Numbered from the stretch's first letter, positions 21,098 to 31,373 are shown. The stretch: 64,000 nucleotides of DNA from Bacteroidota bacterium (GCA_030706735.1 JAUZNZ010000014.1:54629-118628); one strand, 5' to 3'. The notes: generated from the letters alone by a model not told the origin. Translations and numbers: made by a program.

Positions 21098-22396
21098 TCA
21101 AACCAAATACCCGAATAAATTGTCGTCCTTATTCAGTTCGGTATAGTTGACCTGGTATTTACCGAGGTTCTGCAACAGGAAGTCATAACTTTCCCGGGTC
21201 TTCAGCTCGACGCCGACGAGGGCCGGGCCCGTCTCCTTATTATGCTTCTGAATGTATTCGAACCGGGTGATATCGTCATCCGGCCCCAGCACGTCATTGA
21301 CGAATTGCCTGAGCGCGCCGGGCCGCTGCGCGAAGCGTATCAGGAAATAGTGTTTCAATCCTTCATATTGAAGGGAACGTTCCTTGATCTCCTGCATGCG
21401 ATCGATGTCGTTATTGCTGCCGCTCACGACGCAGACCACGATCTTGCCTTTGATCTCCGTGGCATAGTGGTCCAACGCGGCAATGGAGAGGGCGCCGGCG
21501 GGTTCCACCACGATGGCGTTTTCATTGTACAACTGCAGGATCGTGGAGCAGACCTTGCCCTCGGGCACCAGGTGCATGTCGTCCAACGCCTCGCGGCAGA
21601 GCCGAAAGGTGAGGTCGCCCACCCGTTTGACGGCAGCCCCGTCGACAAAGCGTTCTATGTTGTCGAGGGTCACCGGTTTGCCGGCCTTCAGTGCGGCGGT
21701 CATGGATGGCGCGCCTTCGGGTTCGACGCCGATGATGCGCGTGGCCGAAGAATAGGTCTTGAAATAGGTGCCTACCCCTGACGCCAGCCCGCCGCCTCCC
21801 ACCGGGACGAACAGATAGTCGATTAGCGGTTGATCGGCGAGGATCTCGACGCCGACGGTGCCTTGCCCTTCGATGATCCGGTAATCATCGAACGGAGGGA
21901 TGAACGTCATTCCCCGTTCTTCGGTAAACTTCCTGGCCGCTACGGCGCAGTCGTCGAACGTATCGCCGGTGAGTACGATCTCGATATTCTCTTCGCCGAA
22001 CATCTTCGTCTGGTTCACCTTTTGATTGGGCGTGATGATCGGCATGAAAACGACGCCCCGGACGCCGAGCTTGCGGCAGGAGTAGGCGAAACCCTGGGCA
22101 TGATTGCCGGCGCTTGCGCAGACGACTCCCTTGCGGAGCTGTTCCTCCGTCAGGCTGACCAGCATATTGTAGGCCCCGCGCAGCTTATACGAGCGAACGA
22201 CCTGCAGGTCCTCTCGCTTCAGGAAGACCTCGCATTGGTATTTCCGCGAGAGGCTCGCATTGTACGTAAGAGGCGTCCGGTTGACGATCTTTTTCAATCG
22301 CATGGCCGCTTTGTGGAAATCCAGTTCCTGAACCCTTCTCTCGACGGGTCGCTGCGAAGCGGTCGCCTCCTGGGCCAATGGGGTGCTATCAGACAT
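21098..22396 (-). CDS. ilvA: biosynthetic threonine dehydratase (short, single-ACT form)
   Basis: LKREDLQVVRSYKLRGA, ASAGNHAQG, VPVGGGGL, C-terminal FAQRPGAL. Confidence 0.96.
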   Translation of the reverse strand: MSDSTPLAQEATASQRPVERRVQELDFHKAAMRLKKIVNRTPLTYNASLSRKYQCEVFLKREDLQVVRSYKLRGAYNMLVSLTEEQLRKGVVCASAGNHAQGFAYSCRKLGVRGVVFMPIITPNQKVNQTKMFGEENIEIVLTGDTFDDCAVAARKFTEERGMTFIPPFDDYRIIEGQGTVGVEILADQPLIDYLFVPVGGGGLASGVGTYFKTYSSATRIIGVEPEGAPSMTAALKAGKPVTLDNIERFVDGAAVKRVGDLTFRLCREALDDMHLVPEGKVCSTILQLYNENAIVVEPAGALSIAALDHYATEIKGKIVVCVVSGSNNDIDRMQEIKERSLQYEGLKHYFLIRFAQRPGALRQFVNDVLGPDDDITRFEYIQKHNKETGPALVGVELKTRESYDFLLQNLGKYQVNYTELNKDDNLFGYLV

Positions 22397-23483
22397 GGGC
22401 TTCTTCTTTGGATGCTTTAGGTTCGGCCTTGAGGGCGCCTTGGTTTTCGGGTCGAAGGCTGCGGACGGTCTTGCCGGCCTGCCACATTTCGCTCTCGCGC
22501 AGCTCCTTCAGTTCGGCTTCCAGCTTCGAACGGTAATCGGGCTGGCTGTTTGAATCGATGGAGCGCTGCGATTCCTTGCCGGAGGCGACGCTTTCATACA
22601 GTTCATTGAATACCGGCAGGGTGGCGTCCCGGAATTTCTTCCACCAGTCGAGGGCTCCCCGCTGTGCCGTAGTGGAACAGTTCGCATACATCCAGTCCAT
22701 CCCGTTCTCGGCGACAAGAGGCATGAGGGATTGCGTGAGTTCTTCGACGGTCTCGTTGAAGGCTTCAGAAGGAGAGTGGCCCTTTTTGCGGAGCACCTCA
22801 TATTGAGCGGCGAAGATGCCTTGAATGGCGCCCATGAGCGTTCCCCTTTCGCCGGTGAGGTCGCTGAATACCTCCTTACGAAAATCCGTCTCGAACAAAT
22901 ATCCGCTGCCGACGGCAATGCCCAGGGCGATGACGCGATCGCGCGCTTTGCCCGTCGCATCCTGGTAAATGGCATAGCTGCTATTCAGGCCGCGACCCTG
23001 CAGGAACATTCTCCGCAGCGAAGTGCCCGAGCCTTTCGGGGCGACGAGAAATACATCCACGTCCTTGGGCGGAAGGATATGGGTCTGCTCATTGAACGTG
23101 ATGCCGAATCCATGGGAAAAATAGAGGGCCTTTCCGGCGGTAAGGTGCTTTTTGACCGTTGGCCAGAGCTGGATCTGCGCGGCGTCGCTGAGCAGATAAC
23201 AGATGATGGTGCCCTTTTGCAGGGCTTCCTCGATATCGAAGAGGGTAGTCCCGGGTACGAAGCCGTCGCGGACCGCCTTGTCCCATGATTTAGAGTTCTT
23301 GCGCTGACCGACGATCACGTTAATCCCGTTGTCCTTCTGGTTCAATGCCTGCCCGGGGCCCTGAACGCCATAGCCGATGACGGCTACGGTCTCATTCTTC
23401 AACACCTGTTGTGCTTTGGCGAGCGGAAATTCTTCCCTGGTAACTACATTTTCTTCCACTCCACCGAAATTTAATTTTGCCAT
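22389..23483 (-). CDS. ilvC: ketol-acid reductoisomerase
   Basis: VAVIGYGVQGPGQALN, FSHGF, SDLTGERGTLMG. Confidence 0.96.
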   Translation of the reverse strand: MAKLNFGGVEENVVTREEFPLAKAQQVLKNETVAVIGYGVQGPGQALNQKDNGINVIVGQRKNSKSWDKAVRDGFVPGTTLFDIEEALQKGTIICYLLSDAAQIQLWPTVKKHLTAGKALYFSHGFGITFNEQTHILPPKDVDVFLVAPKGSGTSLRRMFLQGRGLNSSYAIYQDATGKARDRVIALGIAVGSGYLFETDFRKEVFSDLTGERGTLMGAIQGIFAAQYEVLRKKGHSPSEAFNETVEELTQSLMPLVAENGMDWMYANCSTTAQRGALDWWKKFRDATLPVFNELYESVASGKESQRSIDSNSQPDYRSKLEAELKELRESEMWQAGKTVRSLRPENQGALKAEPKASKEEAHV

Positions 23484-23550
23484 GATCGACTTTTTTTGAT
23501 TTTATTTTTTTGTTTGGTTTATTATCGGAGGGCCGCAGCACGGCCCGGAT

Positions 23551-24147
23551 TCACATGGTAAAAACTTCCTGTTGCTTGTCGAGGTATTCATTCTCCACCA
23601 CCTCCTCGCCGGGCTCGGCGAGCTCGAATTCCTTCAGCTTTTCATGGAAGCCGTGGCTGTCCTTGATGATGGCCACCCGGGCGCTCCGCACGAATTCGAT
23701 AAGGCCATGCGGCTCCAGGACCTCCACGAGCCGGTCCGTCTCTTCGCGTTGTCCGGTCGTTTCAAATACCGTATAGTCCTTGCGGATCACGACGGCGCGG
23801 GCCCCATATTCGCGCAACAGCCTTTCGACCTTTACCTTTTCGGCGATCTCGTCGGTGGGTACCTTGTACAGGGCCATCTCCTGCCAGATGATCTCGTCAT
23901 TGGTATTGTAATAGGCCTTCAGGATATCGACCTGCTTTTCGATCTGGCGGCACAATTTGCGAACCACTTCTTCGGTCTCGTTGATGACGATGGTGAAGCG
24001 ATGGATCCCTTCGGCCTCCGATGGCGAGGTATTGAGGCTCTCGATATTGATCTTCCGCCGGGAAAACAGGATCGCGATCCGGTTGATCAGGCCGATCTGG
24101 TTTTCGGTATACACGGTGATGGTGTATTCTTGCTTATTCGGGTTCAT
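23551..24147 (-). CDS. ilvN: acetolactate synthase small (regulatory) subunit
   Basis: ACT domain TVYTENQIGLINRIAILFSRRKINIESL; true start is MNPNKQ at 24147. Confidence 0.92.
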   Translation of the reverse strand: MNPNKQEYTITVYTENQIGLINRIAILFSRRKINIESLNTSPSEAEGIHRFTIVINETEEVVRKLCRQIEKQVDILKAYYNTNDEIIWQEMALYKVPTDEIAEKVKVERLLREYGARAVVIRKDYTVFETTGQREETDRLVEVLEPHGLIEFVRSARVAIIKDSHGFHEKLKEFELAEPGEEVVENEYLDKQQEVFTM

Positions 24148-24173
24148 AATGTCTTTTTTTTGTTGTTTCGTCT

Positions 24174-24947
24174 TTACTGTTTCGTCGCCGCGACACGCAA
24201 TCTTTTGTAGTCCGCCCACCAGGCCTGATACCGGTAATGCGTGGGTCGCAACATATCCTGCACTTCTTCCAGCAATCCGTTCAGGATATCCTCCGGGATA
24301 TTCGAAAAAAAGTCGCTGCAAAACATCCTGATCCAGTCGGTAATGCCCTGTTCACTATCCTGGAGACGGGTCTCGCGGTCATAATGCGATGCATAGCCGA
24401 TGAGAAATCCCCGCTTCTCCAGCAGGCTCGTATATTCACCAAGCGAGGGGAAGTACCAACGCTGCGTCGCCGCGTTCGTATAATAACCATGCCGGGTCAG
24501 GACCTTCCGGATCGCCAGCAGGACCTGATCGTTATTGCCCTTGCCCCCCATTTCCAGGACGAAACGGCCGCCCGGCCGCAGGCTGCGGTAGACACCGTCG
24601 ATCGCCAATTCCTTGTCCAGCACCCAGTGCAGGACGGCATTGGAAAAGACGGCGTCAAAGGCCTGGTTGTAGGGCAGGTCGGTTGCCGAAGCCACCCGGA
24701 AATGCAACCCGGGGTAGGCCGCCCTGGCCTTTTCGATCATCTCGTTCGAACTGTCCACCCCCGTCACGTCGGCGCCGGCCTCGGCGATGAGCTGTGTCAG
24801 ATGGCCGGTACCGCAGCCCAGGTCCAGGATCTCCTCCCCGATGGAGGGAGCGAGCAGCTTGACGAGGTCCTCACCGTATTTGAAGACGAACGCATGCTTG
24901 TCGTCATACAGGTGAGCGTTCCATTTGGTGTCGGTCGTTGCAGGCAT
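24174..24947 (-). CDS. class I SAM-dependent methyltransferase, trans-aconitate methyltransferase-like
   Basis: WNAHLY, ILDLGCGTG, GVDSSNEMI, FDAVFSNAVLHWV, LRPGGRF. Confidence 0.88.
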   Translation of the reverse strand: MPATTDTKWNAHLYDDKHAFVFKYGEDLVKLLAPSIGEEILDLGCGTGHLTQLIAEAGADVTGVDSSNEMIEKARAAYPGLHFRVASATDLPYNQAFDAVFSNAVLHWVLDKELAIDGVYRSLRPGGRFVLEMGGKGNNDQVLLAIRKVLTRHGYYTNAATQRWYFPSLGEYTSLLEKRGFLIGYASHYDRETRLQDSEQGITDWIRMFCSDFFSNIPEDILNGLLEEVQDMLRPTHYRYQAWWADYKRLRVAATKQ

Positions 24948-24952
24948 AGCAT

Positions 24953-26752
24953 TTATTTTAACCGTATTTCACTGACGCTGCATCCCTGCGGCACCATGGG
25001 AAACACATTGTTTTCCTTCCCCACGAAGACCTCCAGGAGATAAGATCCCGGGTGATCCAGCATGGCCTTGAGGGCGCCTTTCAGGTGCTCTCTTTCGGAC
25101 ACGCTCCGGCCTTCGATGCCATAGCTCTTCGCGAGCATGACAAAGTCGGGACTGGTGATATCCACGAAGGAATAGCGTTTGTCGTGGAAGAGTTGCTGCC
25201 ATTGGCGCACCATGCCCAGGAACCGGTTGTTCAGGATCAGTATCTTCACCTCCACTTCACATTGCATGATCGTACCCAGCTCCTGGAGGGTCATCTGGAA
25301 CCCGCCGTCGCCGATAATGGCCACCACGGTGCGATCCGGAGCGCCGAATTTGGCGCCGATCGCCGCAGGCAGCCCAAAGCCCATCGTACCGAGGCCTCCG
25401 GAGGTCACATTGCTTTGAGAGCGTTTGAACCGGGCATAACGGCAGGCCACCATTTGGTGCTGTCCCACGTCGGTTACGATAACCGCATCGCCCCCGGTGA
25501 GTTCGTTGAGCAGGTTGATGACCTCGCCCATCGTCAATTCGCCGGCCGCCGGATTCAATTCCGAAAGAATGACGGCCTCTTCTTCTTCTTTATAATGGTC
25601 CTTGAATTTTTGCAACCATTGAGGATAGACCCTTGGTTCGACCAGTTCGGTAAGCAGGGGGAGCGTCTCCTTGCAATCTCCCCAAACCGGTACGGTGGCC
25701 TTCACGTTCTTGTCTATCTCCGCCGGATCGATATCGAGATGGATGACCCTGGCCTGCTTCGCATACTTGTCGAGGCGGCCCGTAACGCGGTCGTCGAAGC
25801 GCATACCCACGGCGATGAGCACATCGCATTCATTGGTCAGTACGTTGGGCCCGTAATTTCCATGCATGCCGAGCATACCCATATTCAGCGGATGATCTGT
25901 AGGCAGGGCGCTCAGGCCGAGTATCGTCCAGGCAGCCGGGATGCCGCTCTTTTCGATGAATGCGCGGAATTCATTTTCGGCATGGCCCAGGATGACGCCT
26001 TGCCCGAACACGACGAAGGGACGTTTGGCCTCGTTGATCAATTGCGCGGCCTTCTCGACATATTCCTTGCGGACGATGGGCTTGGGACGATAGCTTCGTA
26101 TATGCGCGCACTTCGTATACCCTGCATAGCTGAACTTTTGCAGTTGCGCATTCTTGGTGATATCGATCAATACGGGGCCGGGCCGCCCGCTGGCGGCGAT
26201 ATAAAAGGCCTTTGCCAGTACGGAGGGGATCTCCGTGGCGTCCGTCACCTGGTAATTCCATTTGGTGACGGGCGTGGTGATATTGATGACGTCCGTCTCC
26301 TGGAAAGCGTCTGTTCCGAGCAGGTGCGCGAAGACCTGCCCCGTAATGCAGACCACGGGGCTGCTGTCGATCATGGCGTCGGCCAGACCGGTGACCAGGT
26401 TGGTGGCGCCGGGGCCGCTGGTGGCGAATACCACGCCTACCTTTCCGGATGTGCGGGCATAGCCCTGGGCGGCGTGTATGCCTCCCTGCTCATGACGGAC
26501 AAGGATATGTCTCAACTTCTCCTGGTAATCGTAGAGCGCGTCATAGATCGGCATGATGGCCCCGCCCGGATAACCGAAGATCGTGTCCACGCCTTCCGCC
26601 AGAAAGGCTTCGAGCACGGCGGCTGATCCGCTGATCTCTTTGGTGACGGCCGTCTTCAGCCCGTTGGCGCCCGCTGCCGGAGAATCCGCCGGAGCCGTGG
26701 CTGTCCTGGCCTTTGACCTCGAAATGTCCGGAGTACCTGTTTCATTGTGCAT
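24953..26752 (-). CDS. ilvB: acetolactate synthase large subunit
   Basis: FGYPGGAIMP, RHEQGG, ATSGPGATN, ThDP motif GDGGFQM...NN. Confidence 0.97.
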   Translation of the reverse strand: MHNETGTPDISRSKARTATAPADSPAAGANGLKTAVTKEISGSAAVLEAFLAEGVDTIFGYPGGAIMPIYDALYDYQEKLRHILVRHEQGGIHAAQGYARTSGKVGVVFATSGPGATNLVTGLADAMIDSSPVVCITGQVFAHLLGTDAFQETDVINITTPVTKWNYQVTDATEIPSVLAKAFYIAASGRPGPVLIDITKNAQLQKFSYAGYTKCAHIRSYRPKPIVRKEYVEKAAQLINEAKRPFVVFGQGVILGHAENEFRAFIEKSGIPAAWTILGLSALPTDHPLNMGMLGMHGNYGPNVLTNECDVLIAVGMRFDDRVTGRLDKYAKQARVIHLDIDPAEIDKNVKATVPVWGDCKETLPLLTELVEPRVYPQWLQKFKDHYKEEEEAVILSELNPAAGELTMGEVINLLNELTGGDAVIVTDVGQHQMVACRYARFKRSQSNVTSGGLGTMGFGLPAAIGAKFGAPDRTVVAIIGDGGFQMTLQELGTIMQCEVEVKILILNNRFLGMVRQWQQLFHDKRYSFVDITSPDFVMLAKSYGIEGRSVSEREHLKGALKAMLDHPGSYLLEVFVGKENNVFPMVPQGCSVSEIRLK

Positions 26753-26771
26753 AAAATATGTTTAATCTTTT

Positions 26772-28478
26772 TTAGTTTTCGTCTGTAACGCATCCCTCCG
26801 CTGCCGTTTTTACCTGGCGCGCATATTTGAAGAGGATGCCCTTTGTCGCTTTCAATGCGGGCTGTTTCCAGGCCGCGCGGCGGGCAGCGATCTCTTTCTC
26901 GCCGACCTTGAGCACGATGGTATTTTTCGTTGCATCCAGCTCGATCACGTCTTCGTCCCGGACGAGGGCGATAAGTCCTCCTTCAAACGCCTCGGGGGTG
27001 ATATGACCGACCACGAAACCATGGGTGCCGCCACTGAAACGGCCGTCTGTGATCAGGGCGACGCTCTTGCCCAATCCCGCGCCGATAAGCGCCGAGGTCG
27101 GCTTGAGCATTTCCGGCATGCCGGGCGCGCCCTTTGGCCCGACATGCCGTATCACTACGACATCGCCCGGCCGGATCTTCCCGGAATGAATACCATCCAG
27201 GAGATCGTGCTCCCCGTCGAATACCCGGGCAGGCCCCTCGAAACGCTCGCCTTCCTTCCCGCTGATCTTGGCCACGCTGCCTCCTTCGGCCAGATTGCCA
27301 TAGAGGATCTGCAAATGCCCCGTCGCCTTGATGGGTTTTTCGAGTGGCCGGATAATGTCCTGTCTGGTAAAATCGAGGCCGGGCAGGGATGCGAGGTTCT
27401 CCGCCAGGGTCCGGCCGGTAACCGTCAGACAGTCGCCATGCAATAATTTCCTTTCCAGTAGATATTTCATCACGGCCGGTATCCCTCCGTGCGCATGCAG
27501 GTCCTGCATCAGGTATTTTCCGCTGGGCTTGAAATCGGCGAGCACGGGGATCTTGTCGCTGATCGCCTGGAAATCGTCCTGCGTCAGCCGTATGTCCACG
27601 CTGCGTGCCATGGCGATAAGGTGCAGGACCGCATTGGTGCTGCCTCCCAGGATCATGATCACCGTGATGGCATTGTCAAAAGCACGCCGGGTCATGATGT
27701 CCCGGGGCTTGATGTCTTTTTCCAGCAGGATGCGTATCGCAGCCCCGGCATCCCGGCATTCCTTCTTTTTTTCTTCGCTGAGGGCGGGATTGGACGAGGA
27801 GTAGGGAAGGCTCATGCCCAACGCTTCGATCGCGGCAGCCATCGTATTGGCGGTGTACATCCCTCCGCAAGCTCCCGCGCCCGGGCAGGAGTTCATGACG
27901 ATGGCCTTGAATTCCGCGTCGTCCAGCTTGCCGGCCATATTTTGACCGAGCGCTTCAAACGCAGAAATGATATTGAGGTCTTGTCCCTTATAATGTCCGG
28001 CGGCGATCGTTCCTCCGTAGACCATGATCGACGGGCGATTGAGCCGTCCCATGGCCATGACCGAACCGGGCATGTTCTTATCGCAGCCCGGCAGGGCAAT
28101 GATCCCATCATAATATTGTGCGCCGCAAACCGCTTCGATCGAGTCGGCGATGAGGTCCCGGCTGACGAGCGAGAACCGCATCCCGTCGGTGCCGTTGCTC
28201 ATGCCGTCGCTTACTCCGATGGTATTGAAAATAAGGCCGACCAGGTCATTGTCCCATACCCCCTCTTTGACCAGACGCGCGAGATCGTTAAGGTGCATAT
28301 TGCAGGTATTGCCGTCGTAGCCCATGCTGACGATCCCAACCTGCGCCTTCTTCAAATCCTCGTCCGAGAGCCCGATGCCGTATAACATGGCCTGGGCCGC
28401 CGGCTGTGTCCGGTCCTGCGTGAGTGTCTTGCTATATTTGTTAAGTTCCATTTGCGATTTTCGTTCCATTTGATTCAT
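26772..28478 (-). CDS. ilvD: dihydroxy-acid dehydratase
   Basis: [47 protein letters not shown]; the start may be ATG 28451 (MELNKY). Confidence 0.97.
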   Translation of the reverse strand: MNQMERKSQMELNKYSKTLTQDRTQPAAQAMLYGIGLSDEDLKKAQVGIVSMGYDGNTCNMHLNDLARLVKEGVWDNDLVGLIFNTIGVSDGMSNGTDGMRFSLVSRDLIADSIEAVCGAQYYDGIIALPGCDKNMPGSVMAMGRLNRPSIMVYGGTIAAGHYKGQDLNIISAFEALGQNMAGKLDDAEFKAIVMNSCPGAGACGGMYTANTMAAAIEALGMSLPYSSSNPALSEEKKKECRDAGAAIRILLEKDIKPRDIMTRRAFDNAITVIMILGGSTNAVLHLIAMARSVDIRLTQDDFQAISDKIPVLADFKPSGKYLMQDLHAHGGIPAVMKYLLERKLLHGDCLTVTGRTLAENLASLPGLDFTRQDIIRPLEKPIKATGHLQILYGNLAEGGSVAKISGKEGERFEGPARVFDGEHDLLDGIHSGKIRPGDVVVIRHVGPKGAPGMPEMLKPTSALIGAGLGKSVALITDGRFSGGTHGFVVGHITPEAFEGGLIALVRDEDVIELDATKNTIVLKVGEKEIAARRAAWKQPALKATKGILFKYARQVKTAAEGCVTDEN

Positions 28479-28530
28479 GCTGTCTTAATTCATGCCGTCT
28501 TGATTCGGACCGTCTTGATTCAGACCGTCG
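28471..28530. repeat. four degenerate tandem 15-bp repeats across the ilvE stop / ilvD start
   Basis: tgattcatgctgtct / taattcatgccgtct / tgattcggaccgtct / tgattcagaccgtcg. Confidence 0.85.
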
Positions 28531-29413
28531 CCAGTTGATGGTCTTTTTCTATCACCCTGTCCTTGTAAGCCTCCTGCACGAGCCTGCCGATCGTCGATTC
28601 CCAGGGCTTGCGATAAACAGAATCGTCGAGGGACTGCCAGCCAATGACCTCTGCCGCGGTACCGCAGAAAAAGGCGGCATCAGCCCGCCTGGCCTCTTCC
28701 ACGGTAAAACAGCCTTCTTCCACGGGGATGCCCCGCTCCCGGCAGATCTCGATCACCGTGGCCCGGGTAATGCCGGTGAGGATATGTCCCGCCGCAGGCG
28801 TAAACAGCCTGCCCTCCGCTTCGAAAAAGACATTGGCGCCGGGTCCTTCGGCTACGAAGCCATGCATGTCGGTGAGCAGCGCTTCGTCATATCCTTTCGC
28901 CTTCGCCTCTTGGCTGGCCAGGATGGAGTTGACGTAATGGCCGGAAGCCTTCGCCTCGATCCTGAATGCCCTGGGATTCGGACGTTGAAAGCTGGAGGTC
29001 ATGACCCGCAATAACTTTTCACCCAGAAAGGGAGCCATCTCCCAAACTTCGATGGCGATATGCGATCGCGTATTCAAATTGAACGTCATGTTCGCCGGCG
29101 CATATACGATCGGACGGATATAGGCGTCCTGCAGGTTATTCCTTTCCAGAAGCTCATAGGTGGTCGCGATCAGGTCCTCGGTACGATGCTCATAGGGCAG
29201 GTTGAGGGCGCGGGCGGAATGCCGGAGCCGCTCAAAATGGGCAACGGGTTTGAATATGCGCGTCTCGCCGCCCGCCGTGCGGTAGGAGCGGATGCCTTCG
29301 AATACGGCATAGCCATAGTGCAGGGACTGACTATAGAGGTCCGTCACGGTATCCGCCGCTTTGACGAATTGGCCGTCCCGCCAGATGAGGGTATGTTCGT
29401 TATAGTAGGTCAT
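28520..29413 (-). CDS. ilvE: branched-chain amino acid aminotransferase
   Basis: LHYGYAVFEGIRSY, AYIRP, AKASGHYVNS, EGPGANVF, ILTGITR, GTAAEV. Confidence 0.95.
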   Translation of the reverse strand: MTYYNEHTLIWRDGQFVKAADTVTDLYSQSLHYGYAVFEGIRSYRTAGGETRIFKPVAHFERLRHSARALNLPYEHRTEDLIATTYELLERNNLQDAYIRPIVYAPANMTFNLNTRSHIAIEVWEMAPFLGEKLLRVMTSSFQRPNPRAFRIEAKASGHYVNSILASQEAKAKGYDEALLTDMHGFVAEGPGANVFFEAEGRLFTPAAGHILTGITRATVIEICRERGIPVEEGCFTVEEARRADAAFFCGTAAEVIGWQSLDDSVYRKPWESTIGRLVQEAYKDRVIEKDHQLATV

Positions 29414-29428
29414 GGTTGGTCTTTAGTT

Positions 29429-29463
29429 AAAAAAAAGTGACCCGCCTCTGGGAGGCGGGTCAC
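29429..29463 (-). terminator. ilv attenuator terminator
   Basis: Perfect 12-bp stem GTGACCCGCCTC-CCA-GAGGCGGGTCAC followed by U8 on the minus strand, upstream of ilvE. Confidence 0.92.
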
Positions 29464-29489
29464 GGTATTTTGAATTTGAATATTTTACT

Positions 29490-29594
29490 TTACCACCCTC
29501 CTCCCGGAAATGCAGGAATAATAATCACCACCACAATAATGACGGCTATTGCGGAAACCTTAGTGATGATAGTATATAAGCTGCTTTTCGACAT
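29490..29594 (-). CDS. ilv operon leader peptide, MSKSSLYTIITKVSAIAVIIVVVIIIPAFPGGGW (34 aa)
   Basis: Hand-translated ATG..TAA; nine consecutive Ile/Val codons; its 3' end can pair with the terminator 5' arm. Confidence 0.9.
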   Translation of the reverse strand: MSKSSLYTIITKVSAIAVIIVVVIIIPAFPGGGW

Positions 29595-29610
29595 GAGGAC
29601 GTCTGATGCT

Positions 29611-29642
29611 GCAATATACTCCGGTCATTTGAAAAAAACAAA
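29611..29642 (-). promoter_or_regulatory. putative promoter for the ilv leader (TTTG-N20-TATATTGC)
   Basis: Matches Bacteroidota -33/-7 architecture; 16 nt upstream of the leader ATG. Confidence 0.65.
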
Positions 29643-29649
29643 GAACTTC

Positions 29650-30765
29650 TTAAATTATCGTCGACTTCCTCAATTCGATATTCTCCTTCTTGACGCCGCC
29701 CGGTATCTTCCCGCCCACATAATCGGCGATCAGTTCCCCGATCGTCGAAGTGAAATAGAAGTTGATGGGGTCGATATCCTTCGTTACAAAGCCGTTCTGA
29801 AGCGTCCAGTTGGCCGCCTCGCGGATCTTGCCTGCTTCCTTGTTCAGCCCGAAATGGTCCAGCAGCATGGCTGCAGACAGAATGCTGCCGAGCGGGTTCG
29901 CAATATCCTTCCCTGCAGCCTGGGGGTAGGAGCCATGTATCGGTTCGAACAGGGCCGCACCTTTCCCGATGGAGGCGGAAGGCAATAAGCCCAGCGAGCC
30001 GCTGATCACGCTGGCCTCGTCGCTGAGAATATCCCCGAACATGTTTTCGGTCAGCATGACATCGAATTGCCTGGGGTTGAGGATGATCTGCATGGCCGCA
30101 TTATCGACGAACAGGAAATCGACCTTGACGTCGGCATATTGCGGCGCGATCTGCTGAACGGTCTTGCGCCAGAGCCGCGAGGTCTCGAGCACATTGGCCT
30201 TGTCCACCAGCGTAAGCCTCTTTCGCCGCAGCTGGGCTTGTTTAAAGGCAAGGTGGGCGATGCGCTCGATCTCTTCGGTCGTGTACACGCAATCGTCGGA
30301 AGCGCGCTGGCCGTCTTCGCTCAACTCCTTCTTTCCGAAATAAATGCCTCCGGTCAGCTCCCGGAATATGATGAAGTCCACTCCTTCAAGGTTCTTGGCC
30401 TTGAGCGGGGACAGGTGTTGCAGGGCCGGGTAGGTTGCCACCGGCCGTATGTTGGCAAACAATTGTAACGACTTTCTGAGCTTCAGCAGGCCCTGTTCAG
30501 GCCGCACCTTGGCGGACGGGTCGTTGTCGTATTTGGGATGGCCGATGGCCCCGAACAGGATGGCGTCACTGTTAAGGGCGGCCTCGATGGTCTGGTCGGG
30601 AAGAGGATTGCCTGTTTTGTCGATGGCGTCTGCGCCCATCAGACAGTACTTGTAGGTAAAGTGGTGGCCGTTCGGTTCTATCACCGCATTGATCACCTTA
30701 ATGGCCTGCCGCGTGACCTCGGGACCGATGCCGTCTCCTTCAATGACTACGATGTTCTTTTGCAT
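29650..30765 (-). CDS. leuB: 3-isopropylmalate dehydrogenase
   Basis: GDGIGPEV, RPEQGLL, LVDKANVL, NMFGDILSDEAS, EPIHGSYP. Confidence 0.97.
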   Translation of the reverse strand: MQKNIVVIEGDGIGPEVTRQAIKVINAVIEPNGHHFTYKYCLMGADAIDKTGNPLPDQTIEAALNSDAILFGAIGHPKYDNDPSAKVRPEQGLLKLRKSLQLFANIRPVATYPALQHLSPLKAKNLEGVDFIIFRELTGGIYFGKKELSEDGQRASDDCVYTTEEIERIAHLAFKQAQLRRKRLTLVDKANVLETSRLWRKTVQQIAPQYADVKVDFLFVDNAAMQIILNPRQFDVMLTENMFGDILSDEASVISGSLGLLPSASIGKGAALFEPIHGSYPQAAGKDIANPLGSILSAAMLLDHFGLNKEAGKIREAANWTLQNGFVTKDIDPINFYFTSTIGELIADYVGGKIPGGVKKENIELRKSTII

Positions 30766-30766
30766 G

Positions 30767-31354
30767 TTATGCTTGTTGCTGTTCGAATTTTTCTATTTCT
30801 CCCCGGATGCTGAGCAGGTAATCGATGTCGTCATAGCCATTCAGCAGGCAGGTCTTTTTATAATTGTTGATATCGAAGTGCTCCCGTTGGCCGGCGGCGG
30901 AGATCGTTTGCTCTGCCAGGTTCACGTCGATCCGCGTGGAGGGGTCCATTTGGATCGCTTTGAAAAGGCCTTGCAGGAAATCCTCGCTCACCGTTACCGG
31001 CAACAGGAAATTGTTCAGGGCATTGTTCTTAAAGATGTCGGCAAAGAAGCTGCTCACCACCACGTCGAAGCCCGCATCCTTGATGGCCCAGGCGGCATGC
31101 TCCCGGCTGGAACCGCAACCGAAATTCTTGGCGGCTACGAGGATCTTCCCCTTATAGGTCGCGTCATTGAGCACGAAATCCTTTTTCGCTGAGCCGTCGG
31201 CGTTATACCTCCAGTCCCGGAATAGATTCTCTCCAAACCCATCGCGGCTCGTCGCCTTTAGGAAGCGGGCCGGGATGATCTGGTCGGTGTCGACATTCTC
31301 CTGGTTCAGCGGTACCGCGGTCGAAACGATCTTATTTATTGCCTGGTCATTCAT
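30767..31354 (-). CDS. leuD: 3-isopropylmalate dehydratase small subunit
   Basis: [32 protein letters not shown]. Confidence 0.97.
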   Translation of the reverse strand: MNDQAINKIVSTAVPLNQENVDTDQIIPARFLKATSRDGFGENLFRDWRYNADGSAKKDFVLNDATYKGKILVAAKNFGCGSSREHAAWAIKDAGFDVVVSSFFADIFKNNALNNFLLPVTVSEDFLQGLFKAIQMDPSTRIDVNLAEQTISAAGQREHFDINNYKKTCLLNGYDDIDYLLSIRGEIEKFEQQQA

Positions 31355-31373
31355 TTTTTTCGCTTGAAGCTCC

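Noticed and set aside
24148-24321. Upstream extension of the ilvN ORF into the methyltransferase gene
   Set aside because: Similarity starts at MNPNKQ (24147). The same over-extension applies to the track starts at 10235, 16267, 34008, 50096, 59361 and 62684.
28471-28530. Possible CRISPR-like or mobile repeat
   Set aside because: The units are 15 bp with no spacers, and there are no cas or transposase genes. Treated as a simple tandem repeat.
29437-29988. 183-aa plus-strand ORF with an IIITTTIMT stretch
   Set aside because: It is the antisense read of the ilv leader, its terminator and the leuB end. The real element is on the minus strand.
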